Source: Lingula anatina | Taxonomy: Eukaryota; Animalia; Brachiopoda | DNA: 64,000 nt | Assembly: GCA_051362555.1 (NCBI GenBank) | Contig: CM120646.1 | Location: forward strand, 12,772,001-12,836,000 | Direction of reading: 5' to 3' | In this document: piece by piece, positions 13,664 to 27,286 of the stretch | How the letters are laid out: each line of letters begins with the position of its first letter | How positions within the stretch are numbered: the first letter of the stretch is position 1 | Made by a program: the position numbers and the translations under genes | The notes under the pieces: generated by a model | Told to the model about the DNA's origin: nothing | Database searches by the model: none | Seen by the model: the letters and a program-made list of their open reading frames with translations, nothing else

Positions 13664-16206
13664 TGTGTACATTATTTTATTATGTCTGCCTTAAGCAGAT
13701 AGGAGTTATCACACATATTTGCTTATACATGTAAAGCCTCATACAAACAATTTCCTTTTTATTTTGTTTTGAATATGTGCACTTTATAAACCGTGGCATC
13801 CATAATGCTTCTCTATAACATTCATTCTCAAGTGAATGTTTAGTTAATTGATACTAAATCAGTGTTATCCTTATTGGGCCTTGATCAAAGAAGAAGTATG
13901 GCACATACTATTTCGATGCACACTTGCCATATTAAAAAGGAGACTTGTAATTTTTTCTTTTTTTTTCTGTTTCTGAAATAAGTATTTAGTCAAGAAAATA
14001 CATTGTTGAACTAGTTTTGAATTTCATCAGGTGCCCTGGTCATTTTCCTCTCCAAATTGATATTGAAGGAAGTATGGGAAATAACATGCAAAAAGGGAAG
14101 AAAGGACAGAAAAACAGACACCTCTTAATTTCCTCTTTTACAAGAATGGTTATCAGTTTTCCATGGGCTGTATTAGGTCTATAGGTTATTAAACTCACAG
14201 TTTCCACACTCAAAAACACCATTCACTCTGACAACAACAGTGACAAAGTGATGTTGAGGATGCAGAGGAAAAGACCTCTTTACAAACTTCTTAAACTACA
14301 AAAGAAATTACATGCAGTGCCCCTTGACTAAATTTTATACCATTTTTAATTGAAGTCAGAGTGGCATGTCAAATTGTAGAAAAAAATTACCTCCATAAAG
14401 TTGTCATTCAGAATTACTTTTTTATATCTCAGGCATTGTCATATTGTGAGTAACATTTGTACATAACATTTCATGTTATGGTAGTGATGCCTTTTTTTAA
14501 AGCAAATAATAGCAGATATACAACAAAACCTTTAGTCTGGAACAGATGTTTCCTAGTTGCACCTTCAGCCTTTAGCACTTGTTGCCATGGTGACAAGGTC
14601 TGCAGGTACCCAGGCCTTTCATTTGTATGATTCGGCATGAACAGCAGCAGCAGCATCGATGGAGAAGGGCATACGGCTTCCAGTGTTTGCAAAAGTGGAA
14701 CACGACTAATGGAAGACAAGCTCAAAGCAAATAGCAGCGCAAAAGAGGAAGCGAGTCCATTAGGGGAAGGTCTCAAAAGTACAACAGAGGTTGTCGCTCA
14801 AGAAACATAAGAAGTGCAAGTATGGATTCTTATCACTGTTGCAGTGTGGTATTTTAGGGGAGAGAATCTTACCAAGAGCATAGTGAGCAAAAGGTTGGCT
14901 ACAGATGTGAGGAGATACATTGTTTGTGTCAGGGAAAAATAATTTGGCAGTCAGTAGAAGGAGTGTATTGATTGTGGTTTGAAGAAGAAAACAGTGTTGT
15001 AGTTATTTAAAATAACCTGGGACATTGTTTCAGAATAGGTTGTCATGATTATCAGTATCAGACTATTCTGGAAGTGAATTTTCCTATCTTGATTTTTTAA
15101 AATTAAAGATTGGTGCATACATGTTACAACATTGCACCAATTTCTTACTCTATCTCCATCTCCATCCCTCCTTTTTACTTGATAAATGATAAGATATACC
15201 TTTTCTATTTGCAGTCTACAACAGAGAAAAACATATAAAACAGAAAATGTCACTTGTCTTAGAGAATATCTGAAAAAGTCTGGGATGCTGAAAAACTAAT
15301 AAAATATGCGCATATGTGAGATCCACCCTCAGACCAGGAGTGACAGGGTTAAAAAACAGATGTGAAAGTATCACAAAAATATTTCACAACAGAGAGTAGG
15401 TAGCTAAAAATGGTGTATTTTTATGTTCACTTCCTTTTTTCTTTTTTTTTTCTTTTTTTGTATCAATACTTGAGTACTGGGGCTGATTGGATTTTTTGTC
15501 TTTTAAGGTGTAAGCATATGGTTTCATGTTCAATGAAAAAACTAAGAGGAAAAAAAGGTTATTGATTCTGTAACAACATTGAAATGTCAGCCAGTGCTTG
15601 TGCACTGTTCTTTGTTATATTTTAGTCTGGGTGCACAATTGGAAAAAAAATTATTGGAAGAAAAATTGAACTGAAAACTCACTTGCTTGAAAATTAAAAA
15701 GACTTTCATATTAAAATAAATACATAACATTGTGTGTTATCGGTTAAACTCTCTTTGGTGTAAGGTTGTTTTGCATTTGTTGCCTTTCCTTTATTTTTCA
15801 TCTAAGTTTATAATGAAGAAAAGCAGTTTGTCAGAAGTTTTGATTTACAACAATGCTAATTGATACCTGTTAGTCATGGCAATCGACAAATTTGACAAAA
15901 ATGATCATAATCATTCTCATAATAAGATCCATGTTAATAGATAAAATTGCCAGTGTTGTTCTGATTTTGTCAACTGGGTTGACGTCAAGACAACTTTGTT
16001 TTCACCTGTCAGGTTTCTGCTTTACCCCATTCTGAGAGATAAAGTAGTTTAAAAAAAAAATGACTAGCAATTTAATGAACTGGTGTCTGGAATAGGCGTC
16101 TGGAATAGGCATATTATTGGAGTAAAACTATGGATTAGGATTCAGGGATTTGGAAACATGATATACCCAAGCTGATTTTAATTGCTTCTTTGAAAAACTT
16201 GTATAA

Positions 16207-16469
16207 GACTGGGTTTCCATACCTTGATCGATCTAACAGGATCGATCGATCTCCATGGGGTTTCTCGCTAAATTGCTTTCAGCTTCAGCAGCATATATAT
16301 ATCTCATAATCTGGCACACCTACTGAAGCTGCTAAACAATAATTAATTACCCCCTAACAGCTTCAGTAGGTGTAACAGACATCTTAGCTGCTTAAGTTGA
16401 TTACAATTTAGCGAGAATCCCCTTGGAGATAAATAGATCCACAGTACAATAGGGTCTGGGAATGGTCCC
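16207..16469 (-). mobile_element. PIF/Harbinger-like MITE family A' (diverged subfamily)
   Basis: TAA|GACTGGGTTTCCAT ... GGGAATGGTCCC|TAA. Shares the TTAATTACCCCCT.ACAGC core with family A. Confidence 0.78.
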
Positions 16470-16721
16470 TAAGGTTTCATTATTTCCCAGGGATGTACTA
16501 GGGTGGGGTTAATGTTTTGAGGGCAGTTATGGGTGTCAAAAGAGGCAGCTTGTATATTTCTGTTTTGTGTATCTTATATAGATGTGGTGGTTTTATTTTT
16601 TCCCTACAAATTGAAGATTTCTTCGAATGGCTCTTACTTCCTTTGGGAGGAAGAAATATACATGCATATACAGAGGCAAACATGCTGTCTTCTTCAGTTG
16701 TGCAACATTCTGAAATGTCCA

Positions 16722-16775
<54 letters not shown>
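16722..16775. repeat. (CT)n microsatellite
   Basis: Direct reading. Similar tracts at ~25320-25349 and ~50288-50315. Confidence 0.95.
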
Positions 16776-16777
<2 letters not shown>

Positions 16778-16851
16778 GATATTAAAAGTGTTGAACAGAG
16801 GATTGTGAATTGACCATTCACTTCAAAAGCAAACTTGAAAGGCAACTGTTA

Positions 16852-17056
16852 GGGCCTGTTCTTCACCAGTTGATCCCCAGACTAACTACTCCACGGAACA
16901 AGTACGGCGTGTACTTGACAATGGATTCCCCATCTCGTGTGCATACCCTCCCTTCAGGCCCAGACCAGTTAAACCTTAGCATGCTTTCAAGTGGGTCCTG
17001 CCATGTTTGATCTGAAGACAAGTTAGTCCCTGGATCAGCTGGTTCTTAACAGACCC
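16852..17056. mobile_element. PIF/Harbinger-like MITE (family B)
   Basis: TTA|GGGCCTGTTCTTCACCAGTTGATCC...GACTAAC and its imperfect inverse GTTAGTCCCTGGATCAGCTGGTTCTTAACAGACCC|TAA. Confidence 0.65.
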
Positions 17057-17059
17057 TAA

Positions 17060-17234
17060 GGCCCCATTCAGAATAGGGGACTAACTAGTCTGAGGGTCAA
17101 ATATGGCCGACCCACTCGAATACTTCTCTGTGGAATATCTTTTCGATGTCTATTAGCGGATTAGACGGCAAGCTTTGTAGCTGGTCGTAATATTTCACCC
17201 TTGGACTAGTAAGTCCCCTATTCTGAATGGAGCC
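17060..17234. mobile_element. PIF/Harbinger-like MITE (family B), abutting 16852-17056
   Basis: TAA|GGCCCCATTCAGAATAGGGGACTAACTAGTC ... GACTAGTAAGTCCCCTATTCTGAATGGAGCC|TTA. Confidence 0.8.
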
Positions 17235-18319
17235 TTAGAGCAGTTCAAAAGAATAGTTATTTGAACTCTGTATAACAGGACCACATTTCCCGTAACATAT
17301 TAAGCAATAAAATGCTGCATTAAAGCCAAGAAAAGTTCAGCTGTCCTCCACAGACTAAATAAAAAAGAGAGGCGTGATCATGTCTAGGAAAATGTGTCTT
17401 AATAGAGGATAATACAGTTGAAACCACATCTGTGAAATCGGGATTAGATAAATCCCTGTGTACATACAAATTAACGAATGCCAAGCTCTGTTGCAGCTCT
17501 ATTGAAGAATATCATTATATCCATTCAAACCAAACGGTATTAGACGTTAATCGTGGGTGAATCACAGTTGAAGCGCGAGAATTAGTGGGTATTTTTGTTT
17601 TAAAAAGAAAACTAGTCTTAATCTGTAATCCAGTGGCCAATTTTTAAAGACTGTTTGATTATATACAACACATAGAAAATAATGTGGTTAATAGTATTCA
17701 CTGAAAGTTATTATGTTAAAGAGAATGCTGTGGTAAATAATTTTGAGTGAGAAAACAAAACAAGATAAAGACTTTTATTAGTTAGCGATACACATCTATG
17801 ATTTCACTATTAAGATTATAAGAATTGAGAAAATATTTTGTTGCTTCCTTTGCCAGAAGCAAAACAAATGTGGTTGGTTTTTAAAAAATACAACATCATT
17901 TCTTACATAATTTCCCCTGCATCTCCTGTTCTTGAGTATATTTGCCTGTCAGTCTCATTGTCAAATTGAGTTTGCCCATAGGGGACAAGTAGGGTGACAA
18001 ATTACTTGTTGAGGAACTTGAAAAATTAATTTATTTTGTCATAAAAAGATAGTAATACTCCATTATTTTCAGACCTGTAGTCTATCATGTCTGTGTTAAA
18101 TTTTTAAAATAATTTTGTTGAAAACTTGTATAAAAGGGTTGAAATGATGATGCAAAAGAGAAAATTAAAATCTTTAATCTTTTCAGTTTTTTTCTTTTTG
18201 TGAAATAAAACACAAGGCACTTAAAGAAAGGGGTTTTGTTTTTAAACAGGTTTAAAAAGGGGCAGAGCACTTCGTAGCAAAACAAAACGATGTTTCATGT
18301 TTTGAACACTTCAGATATA

Positions 18320-18880
18320 AAACTGACGGCTTAATCTCTGTCTCCGTCTTAGAAACATAACCAGCAACTTTTGATTCGATCTCAATCTTGATCAAAACCA
18401 CCCAACTAACTAGTATAGATTTTCACAATAAAGTATCCATCCGTGCACACTATGTTAGTTTATCTCTTAGCCAGGAACATGGATCATTGGACAACTTTCC
18501 TGCCAGCCAGGAACCGTATAACTAACAGCTCACAAATCAATATGGTTGACGTCAAGTACCCGTTCACTGCAACAGGCGATTGTTCATTCATAAAAACTGT
18601 AAAGTGTGGAATGAAAGATGTTTCAAATAGCTCTTCCTTACCCACTACCATCACCTGCTCCTCGTACCTTTTCTTCCGTAAGCATATTGATACACTGTTA
18701 CATCATCTGGCCAACACAAGAATGGGGAATTTGCCATGTTTTCCTAGACATACAAGACCAACAAGCACAAGAAAGGGGCAGTACAGTGTCGAGTGCATTA
18801 AAATCACTTCTTACGGCAGTATTGCTCGCCATTACATGCACATCATCTTCTGCATCGCTGCTTTTCAAGACTCAAGTGCT
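18320..18880 (+). mobile_element. Possible highly decayed LINE (CR1/L2/Rex-type) reverse transcriptase fragment
   Basis: Frame-hopping peptides in the expected RT order: LTSIDF, WTTFL, WLTSSTRSLQ (cf. STGSPQG), KHIDT (cf. KFADDT), W..C..FLDI, GQ.SVE. Weak similarity judged by eye. Confidence 0.3.
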
Positions 18881-21100
18881 GGGTAGTGGGGGAAGGTTGA
18901 TTGAAGACCCTTCAGCTATGGGGGAAGTAAAGATGGGGAGGTGATGGGACTGAAGGTTTTCTTGACAAGTACATTTGAGGTGTGGTGTTGGGGGTGAAAA
19001 GGCCATTCATTATAAAACAGCTGGATGGGCAAAAATTGTACTTCTGGCAGTACATGTGTATCAATTTTGGGAATGAATCTGGGAAAGGAAGGAGTGAGGG
19101 TTGGATGAGAAGAAACTAAGCACTTGTATATGAGATAAATATGAATATGGGATGGACCTTTTTTTGTATAAGATTTGATCATAAACAGTGTTAAGAATAT
19201 AATGAGGAGTTTAAATAGCTTAAATCTACCTATTCCACATAACATCACAAGTCTTTAATACATTTTTTTTTTAAATTTAACAAATATTCTTTGTACAGTT
19301 CTGTAGAGATGCAGAAGATTGATCTGTTTTAGCCAATGCTTATTAAACTAACATTCAGCACTGTTTCTTGGTAATAGCAAAAATGAATTGTTTAGTATAC
19401 TTTTGTATTTTTTCTGGAAAAAAACCTTTGATGTCCTGCTGGTATTATTATCTTATTGATTTCAATTGAGCAAAAAAGAAAAGTAAATGATGGATGTTAT
19501 AAACAGTGCTTTTGTTGTATCTGTTGAACCCCTATTGAAAAATGCATGCATGGCTGATTGTAACATAATGGCCCACATTTGTCCAAGAGAAAAAGAACAA
19601 CATGACTTATTTCTTTGTTTTGCCACAGACTCTAACCTAATGGTACAAAAACCTTCCAAATCTGATGAGAAAGAGAACCTTTTGGAGATGTATCTCCCTG
19701 CAATGCTAATATTACTGAGAGAAGTGAACTGATTGGTTGAATCGTATGGATGTCTGTTGGTATACATTTCACAAAACAATTCCCTCCAGAAATCTTGTTG
19801 TGTAAAGACCAAAGTTGTAATCTCCTTCCAACCTGATGTGAAATTGTGCCTGTTATTAAACAAAGATGTGGCAAGTGATTCAGACCAATAATTACTTAAT
19901 TTGTTTAGAGTTTTTTGGATTTTTCTAAAACCAAAGTTAACCAGTAGCTTGCCTATAAGTTCATGCTAGTTTTGGAACTAATTTTTCTTTTCTTTGTGAA
20001 ACCACCCCTAGATGACCATTGTGTTTTACTTCCTGTCTCGCATTAACAGTAAACCTACAGATGGTGGATGTTCCTTCCTGGTGTTTCAGCTTTGGCTTCC
20101 AGTCGATAGAAGTGTCAATACTGGACTCGAAAATTGTTTAGATGAAACTGATGGGTAGGCTTTCTGGACACTTGTGGAATTGACCAGTATTTTGATTTTG
20201 ACATGAAATAAGGCAAAATATAGCAATTAAAATTGAAAATATATTGAATTTCAATAATTAACAAAACGAATATAAAGTGAACAACTCCTTTACTATCCTC
20301 CGATATCGGGGACCTCTTAAACAGTATCCAAAAATAAAGACTTTTTTCTTGTAAATATGAAAAAATGGATGTTTATCTAATTTCTAAATCGAAGTTTATA
20401 TAGTTCGAAGAGAACATTTTTCTCTTTAGCAGAGTGATGTATCCAGGATATTGAACCAGAATATTGCATTTCATGACGTCTGAAATTTGATCCACTAGGA
20501 TGGAAAAATGGTTGTCTACAATCTCTGTGCTTTCTCTTTCAGGCAAATATGTCTTCCTAGACATGCTACGAGGTAATGAAAAGAGCCAGTTATTTTTTTT
20601 GTCACTCTGTACATATAACTTGATATAAGATTTGACAAGTATTTTCCAATCAACTGGCTTTTTGTCTTCCTGTGATAATACCACATTGATTATGATTTGA
20701 ATGAGGTTTATGAAGTATTCATTTAAGGACTTTTAAAATAGATTTCAGTCTTCTACTGAAGAAGTATAATAAATGTTGTATAATCAGAAATTGTTATTTA
20801 TATAATAGATTTAATTGGTTTGAAGGTGTTAAGGATATAGCATGATTTTTTTCACTTAGATGTGAATGTTTATACATCTATTCTATGACAGTTATATTCA
20901 ATGTATTTATATCTGTAATTTTTTTATCAGTTTTTTTTTTTTCAAATTTTGTCATTTGTTTAATATATTTTAGTAGATAAGAGAGAGTAGATAAGAGAGA
21001 TTATTTTTTCTTGTACTTTTATATATATCCCGTTCACACTACCAACTGAAGCAAGATAGACATTCGAACACATTGCATGATTATGTATTTCTATATGTAA

Positions 21101-21343
21101 GATAGGGTTCCCATGACTAGGTCGATCCAACAGGATCGGTCTAACTCCATGGGGATTCACGTTAAATTGCTATCAACTTAAGCGGCTTAAATATCTGTCA
21201 TACCTACTGGTAGTTAATTATCCCCAACAGCTTTAGTAGGCATGACAGACATTTAAGCCACTTAAGTTGATAGGAGTATAGTGAGAATCCCCTTGGAGAT
21301 AGGTCGATTCAAAGGTAGTACAATAGTCTCTGGGAATGGTCCC
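21101..21343 (-). mobile_element. PIF/Harbinger-like MITE family A'
   Basis: TAA|GATAGGGTTCCCAT ... GGGAATGGTCCC|TAA. Similar to the 16207 and 26814 copies. Confidence 0.78.
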
Positions 21344-24300
21344 TAATGCACATGTTGCATATAAATTAGCAGTAAAACAAGTGAGATGAAAAATTTTACA
21401 TATACATCCAACAGAATGATTCTTATCCCAACTACTGCATCTAAAATAAATGATTATTTTTTTCATGGTGTGGTTTGAGGTTGCTGGGATTCAAGGTTAA
21501 GGTTTGAGCCCAAGTTTGACAGCTCAACCACAGTTTGTGGTTAATTCATACTCCAGCAGAAGTTGGTCTGCCTTCTGGTGCTAGTTTCAAAAGGGAACTT
21601 AAGTATCTCTTTAGCCAAAATTTAGTGCACTGTGTCCAAAGGTTAATTTCAAGTAATTAATTAAGGTGTTGTATAAAAAATAGACATTTGAAATGCCTTA
21701 GACTCAAAGTTACTTAATATTAGTCTATTGCTATGGGTTTATCTTGGAAAGTTTAATAGAATATTGGCTTTAATGTTAAAACCAACATTATGTTTAAAGT
21801 TTTGTTGAGAAAACTGCCCCCTCAGCTGTTATTTCTTTATTTTCCTTTCTCACTGTAGTCATTACAAACTGCCTGTTTGCAAACTTCTAAAGTTAGACTG
21901 GTTCATGGCTACACAGCATCATAAGGCAATCAAATTAAAGGCCAACTAATTATTCAGTGGGCCCATTGAGACAAATCTTTGCAGAGGAAAATATTGCAGA
22001 AAATTCCTACTTGTTTTATTTGATTAACATCAAGTTTTTTTGGGGTGTGTTTTTCCAAATAAAAAGGTGTAAAAGATATGCTCCTTTGGCCTTTTATAAA
22101 TTATGTAAGCCAAAGGTATGTTACCGTGTTGATGTTGGCCCCTGCGGTTTTGTTGTGGCAAATAAAAGCTAAGTGCTTAATGTTTTATTTACACATTGAT
22201 AATTATCATGAGTCAGGCTGTGAAGGTGAAATGCACAGTGGTTAATATTTCATTCACACAAAGAAAATTGTCCAAAACCACAGAAAAACACCCTGTTGAT
22301 TTTAACCCGTGAATTGTTGGGATTTAGATCTATTAATTCAATGAAAATTGTCACAAACCACAATCAGATAAGTGCACTGTTGGTTTTAATCCTTGGATGA
22401 TTTCGATACACAGATTTGAAAGCGGAGTGTGAATGGCCTCGTGAATGGTAATGTGATCCCGGGTACCAGCCATGAAACTTGATTTATGACGACCTCGTAG
22501 CCCCAGGTGTCAGGACCTGCCACTCCTCCTGTCACACGCCATCTTTTATATTTTAATGTCTCCCCGTTTGAATTTAACAGTCAAATATCAGCCGGCATAA
22601 TGAAGTCGAAAAACATTAGGACAAGCTTTTATTGGTATTGTATCTCCTCCAGCCAGTTCAAGAAGTATGTACATCTGAGTGAATATAAAACACATGTTTA
22701 GGGCCCATACTTTTTGATTTAGTGCCAAAGTGATGAATAGTGTGAAATTATTTTTAGAATCCAGATTCCTTGTTGATAAGATTGAGATGGCTGTCTGTCA
22801 GTGGATAGGTAGATGGATCTGGTATGGTCATAAAACGCCATTGATACATATTTAGAATTGATATAGAATATAATGGCTTTCTTCCTCCCTTGAGGGAGAG
22901 AGTAACATCATTTAGGGTGCATTTTTATGAAAGTTCTGGAGTACAGTATTTGAGTTTTTTTTGTCAATAAAACTGTTGGGTGCCAGAGAGATTATAGTTG
23001 CACTTTATTAAAAAAGTAAAACTATTACAAATACAGTGATGCAAAGTTTATTTGAAATAAGACCATTTATTTCACTTCATCATTAAATTGAGACACTGAT
23101 TAAAAAACTGGAAGTTTGTAATTTTATGACATCATTTCTTTTTGATTTGAGATATTATATATTATATGATAAAGTGGCATCCTAGCTCTGCTTTGTTATA
23201 GAAGTTTATTCAAATTGGTAATTCAGAAAGTTTCACTTTCAGTAGTAAGGACATGTCCTACCAAATCAAATTTCAGATTGTGTGTTTTATATACAGTGTT
23301 TTAAAGATAAGGAGGAAAAACTGGGCCATGGTAAAGGGGAGAATAACCTTCCTTTATGGTTACATAGTGATGTATGGGTGAAAAAAAGCCAGGAGGGAGG
23401 GAGAGTAGCAGAAGTAACAGCAATCTGTGGGCTGAAGGAAGACCTGGGTTCATTCACAAAATGCAGGGCTACAGAGGGGCAACTCCGTTAATGAGGGGTC
23501 AAAGATTTTAGAGTTATCAACCTCGTTTATTCTGTTCTCAGAAAAAGAGTCCTGTTGAAAGGATAATTTGCATGATATACCATATAAGACCTAGGTGATG
23601 TTGGCAACTTGTGTGAAGCTGAGCATTTCAGTAAAAATTAGATGAATGAATGGAGGAAAAGTATTTAATTGGAGTCGCATGTTAACTGACTGTATTTTAC
23701 CTAGGCTTCTTGGTAACATTCATTCATGAATTTTAATGTAGGCGTTGAGGGTTAAGGTCAGGGTTTCTTGTCTTGGTTACACAGTGCTGGGACCACTCAA
23801 CTGTGGAGTTACTTCTCCGTCTACTACACGTTCTTTTACAATTACCTTCCCACTATCCATGTTGCGGCAAGGCCATTGTTTTTAGCAGGCGACAAGAACC
23901 TGCGTTGCCAGTGGAGTGAAGAGCCAGAGCCACCTGTTATAACAATTCCTTACTGCTGTTTGCATTAAAAAGTAATAGTAACTGTGGAGCTGTGCTGCTC
24001 ATTCACAAAAAACATCAGCCGCTGTGCTCCAATATGTTAACTGCCAGGCTCATTCATAAGCTGCGGTGGCAGGCAAGAACTGGGTCACTGACTTTGGAAT
24101 TACAGAGTCGGCCCTGAGAGTTGAGTGTGGAGCATTTTCTGAAACCTTTTTTTGCTCTGGTGCTGGTGTAAAGTTACCGATTAGAAGAGGATTTTAGTGA
24201 GAAATAGAGAACGTAGGCAATATTCATTGCAAAGAAAAGGTCCAACAGTTTGAATTGGATTAGATAGAATAACTGGTAAAAGACTTGTAGACAGAAGGAC

Positions 24301-25318
24301 GGGTTGGAGGTGAAAAACTACAAGTGGACAGTTTTGTTTGAACTGAGAAAAGATTTTCAGAACTGAGACTTGTGCTCAGGGAATAGTTGGATGGCTTTGG
24401 AGGTATAAGTCTGTGGAAGTCAGTGGTGCTTTATCATTGGAAAAAAAATTGGAGAGCTGAATTGGAAGAGAATTAAAAACAGCCATGGAGCTGGCTATAT
24501 TTATACCTGGACTTTTCTTTATGCAATCAGCATGACAAGAATTGTCCATCTCTCACTTGGATTCCACGGGCCGGATATCCCATAATTTTCACCTTTCTGG
24601 TTTCCTTTGCAATTATTGGACAATTAGCTACATATATTGGCCATTTTTCTTGTCAACATTAGTGACACTCTTCGAAATAACTGCCAGTAAATTGACGCCA
24701 ACAAAGTGGAGCACAGGCTGTAGCAAAGTTCCAGACAGATTTTGAACTTCATCAAGAGAAACAACTACTTCTTGATTATTATTTTACATTTATTCCATAT
24801 TGATATTTGGTGTGACACTGGTTTTGTTTAAAAAAATGGATAGCACAGTAATAAGGAATAAACTGAAGTTGTTACTTCAGCAGTGTGAGGAACAAATATA
24901 TACTAATATTATTACAGTTGTGTTTTAACGAGCGGGAGTATATTTTGTGGAACAGGTAACTGAGAACAAGTCTGTCATATCTAAACTACCAAGCAAAACA
25001 AAACTGGAGAATAGAAGATAGATGTATAGGTTCTTGTTCTATAGAGAACTTTTCTTATCACCCCTGGAAATGACCAGGTGAATGACAACATAGACTTACT
25101 TTACAGTAATCAGTGGAACAAGGATTTTGTGAATTCTTATCAGCAACATGTTTATTAAAAGAGAACCAGGACATCATTTTAGTAAGTTTTACCTCACTGT
25201 CCTGTTACCTTCTTATTCTCTTCCTCTTTGTGTTTTATTGGTTTTCTCACATATGTACAATTTTTATGTCTCTTGCACTAGCTTTGTCATTCACCACTGT
25301 TTAATTTGTTGTGCAACT

Positions 25319-25352
<34 letters not shown>

Positions 25353-25951
25353 TAAACATATCTTTTCACTCTCACTGTAAACACAGCCAAATTGCACATG
25401 TGGTAAACTGACAAAAATGGAACTCGGCAAACTGCACTGTGGATTCAGTTAATTCTTTACAGATCTCTGTAACAGTGATACTTATCCAGGTTGGGTGAAA
25501 AGTTATAATAAGAGGCCCAGCTTGAGAATGAGGAAACTTTCAAGAAGCCACCACATCTTCAGGTGCTTTCATGTTATTAATCTTGGTCTTGATCTTGAAT
25601 TAGATGGGTGGTAAATTTTGTTTTTTATGTGGAAATAGTTATGATAACATTCTTCACCCTCCAGCTATAGGACCTGAGATCATAAGATGGTTTTATGTCA
25701 AAGTTAACTTTGATTTGGAAATAAATTAAGGAAGGAAGGTTGTTATGTTAGGTCTAAAATGGAGGGACTGCAGGTGGACTTCACATGTTCACTGGTTGTT
25801 GAAAAAATTTACAGACACTTTCTGCAAGAAATAGCAGTTATAGTGACTATAAATATTAAGTATATTGAATGTTCATTAGACTTAACAACATGAAAAGATA
25901 TTGTAAGATAAGATTATAGGTGTTCAAAAATAAGTTAGAAAAAAAGATTAA

Positions 25952-26288
25952 AGGGATAATAACTCTTCGCATGAGATCTATATTTCACAATAAAAACATT
26001 GTGAAGAACTCATAGAAATTTAATATATTCTGTTTTACCACAAAAACGGCAGTAATAACTATTATTCTGATATCTGAGCTTGTCTTTAGACCACGTGACC
26101 TCCATTGATGGCTATACTCTGTTATAATCTCTTAAGAGATTTTAAAAAAAAACCAAACTTTTTAGAAAAAAACCAGGGACTAAATTTGAATGCAAAAATA
26201 GATTCATTTACCATTGGTAAGTATGGGAAAATTGTTGTTTACTCCAGGAAAATTCATTTTTTGGCCAAAACGAAGAGTTATTATCCCT
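25952..26288 (+). mobile_element. Kolobok-like MITE (337 bp)
   Basis: TTAA|AGGGATAATAACTCTTCG ... CGAAGAGTTATTATCCCT|TTAA. Confidence 0.9.
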
Positions 26289-26813
26289 TTAAGATATGTA
26301 TGATTTAAGTTTGATACACACAAAAAAAAAAAGATTTTTATGTACGATGATTAATTACTTACCATCCTAATAGTTATTACCCATACCAACAAATATATAG
26401 TTTTCTGAGCCCCAAATCCAAATTATAGCCCAGACTTCCCTTCTTCTCTCTGCGTAACCTTTTCTTACTCTTCCTGACGTCCCTCCCCGAACATGTACCA
26501 ATGCATGCATGCTCGCACACACGCATGCACTCAAACTCATGCCTGTGCTGCAGTACTTATCTCTCCTTCCCCCCCCCCCCCCAAGCCTCCTACATGCACA
26601 AGCCATCCAGTCCTATAATGGCCTTCTTTGTCTTGAAAGCTTGACAGGTTTAAATCTTAAGTTGTACATACTCAGAGATAAGGGTGTCAGTTACCGGAAT
26701 TCTCTCTCTCTCTCATTGAGAAAATGTATGGAAATTAAGTGCTGGAGCCTGTGCTGTAAATGGAGGATGTCTGTGGATCATCTGGCTTTGTGTTTTTATG
26801 GGTGGTATTCTAA

Positions 26814-27068
26814 GACTGGGTTCCCATCCCCAGATCGCTCTTACAGGATCGGTCCATCTCCAAGAGGTCTCTCGCTAAATTGCTTTCAGCTCAATTGGCT
26901 TAGACGTCTGGTACGACTACTAAAGCTGCTAAACGATAGTTAACTACCCCCTATCAGCCGCTGTAGGCGTGATAGACATCTAAGCTGCCCAAGTTAATTG
27001 CAATTAAGCGAGAATCCCCTTGGAGATAGATCGATCCACAGTTAGTACGACAGGCTCTGGGAATAGTC
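26814..27068 (-). mobile_element. PIF/Harbinger-like MITE family A', abutting the family A copy at 27072
   Basis: TAA|GACTGGGTTCCCAT ... GGGAATAGTC|TAA. Confidence 0.78.
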
Positions 27069-27071
27069 TAA

Positions 27072-27286
27072 GGCTCTATTCCCATAGATTTTAGATTGAT
27101 CTATCCCCGCGGGGAGTCTCACCAGATAACTTTTAGAATATCCGACTTAAATGTCCGTCCCGCCTACTACAAGCTGTAAGGGGGTAATTAACTTTCGTGT
27201 CCGCCCGGCTGACAGCTATTTAGCGTGAACCCCCAGGGAGTTAGGTCGATCTAAAGTAGGTCAATCTAATCTATGGAAATGGGGTG
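27072..27286 (+). mobile_element. PIF/Harbinger-like MITE family A
   Basis: TAA|GGCTCTATTCCCATAGATT ... AATCTATGGAAATGGGGTG|TAA. Near-identical to 57982-58196. Confidence 0.88.

Noticed and set aside
14637-14810. Short ORF MNSSSSIDGEGHTASSVCKSG...AQET* with coding-like composition
   Set aside because: No recognisable homology and no convincing in-frame connection to the Ets exons.
19462-19863. 133-aa minus-strand ORF with faint resemblance to a hAT dimerisation region (DFW...)
   Set aside because: Key motifs such as ERxFS are absent and the similarity is too weak to call.
24836-24928. ATG-initiated MDSTVIRNKLKLLLQQ... as an alternative first exon
   Set aside because: Only a weak donor (T|GTGAGG) gives the needed phase, and there is no other support.
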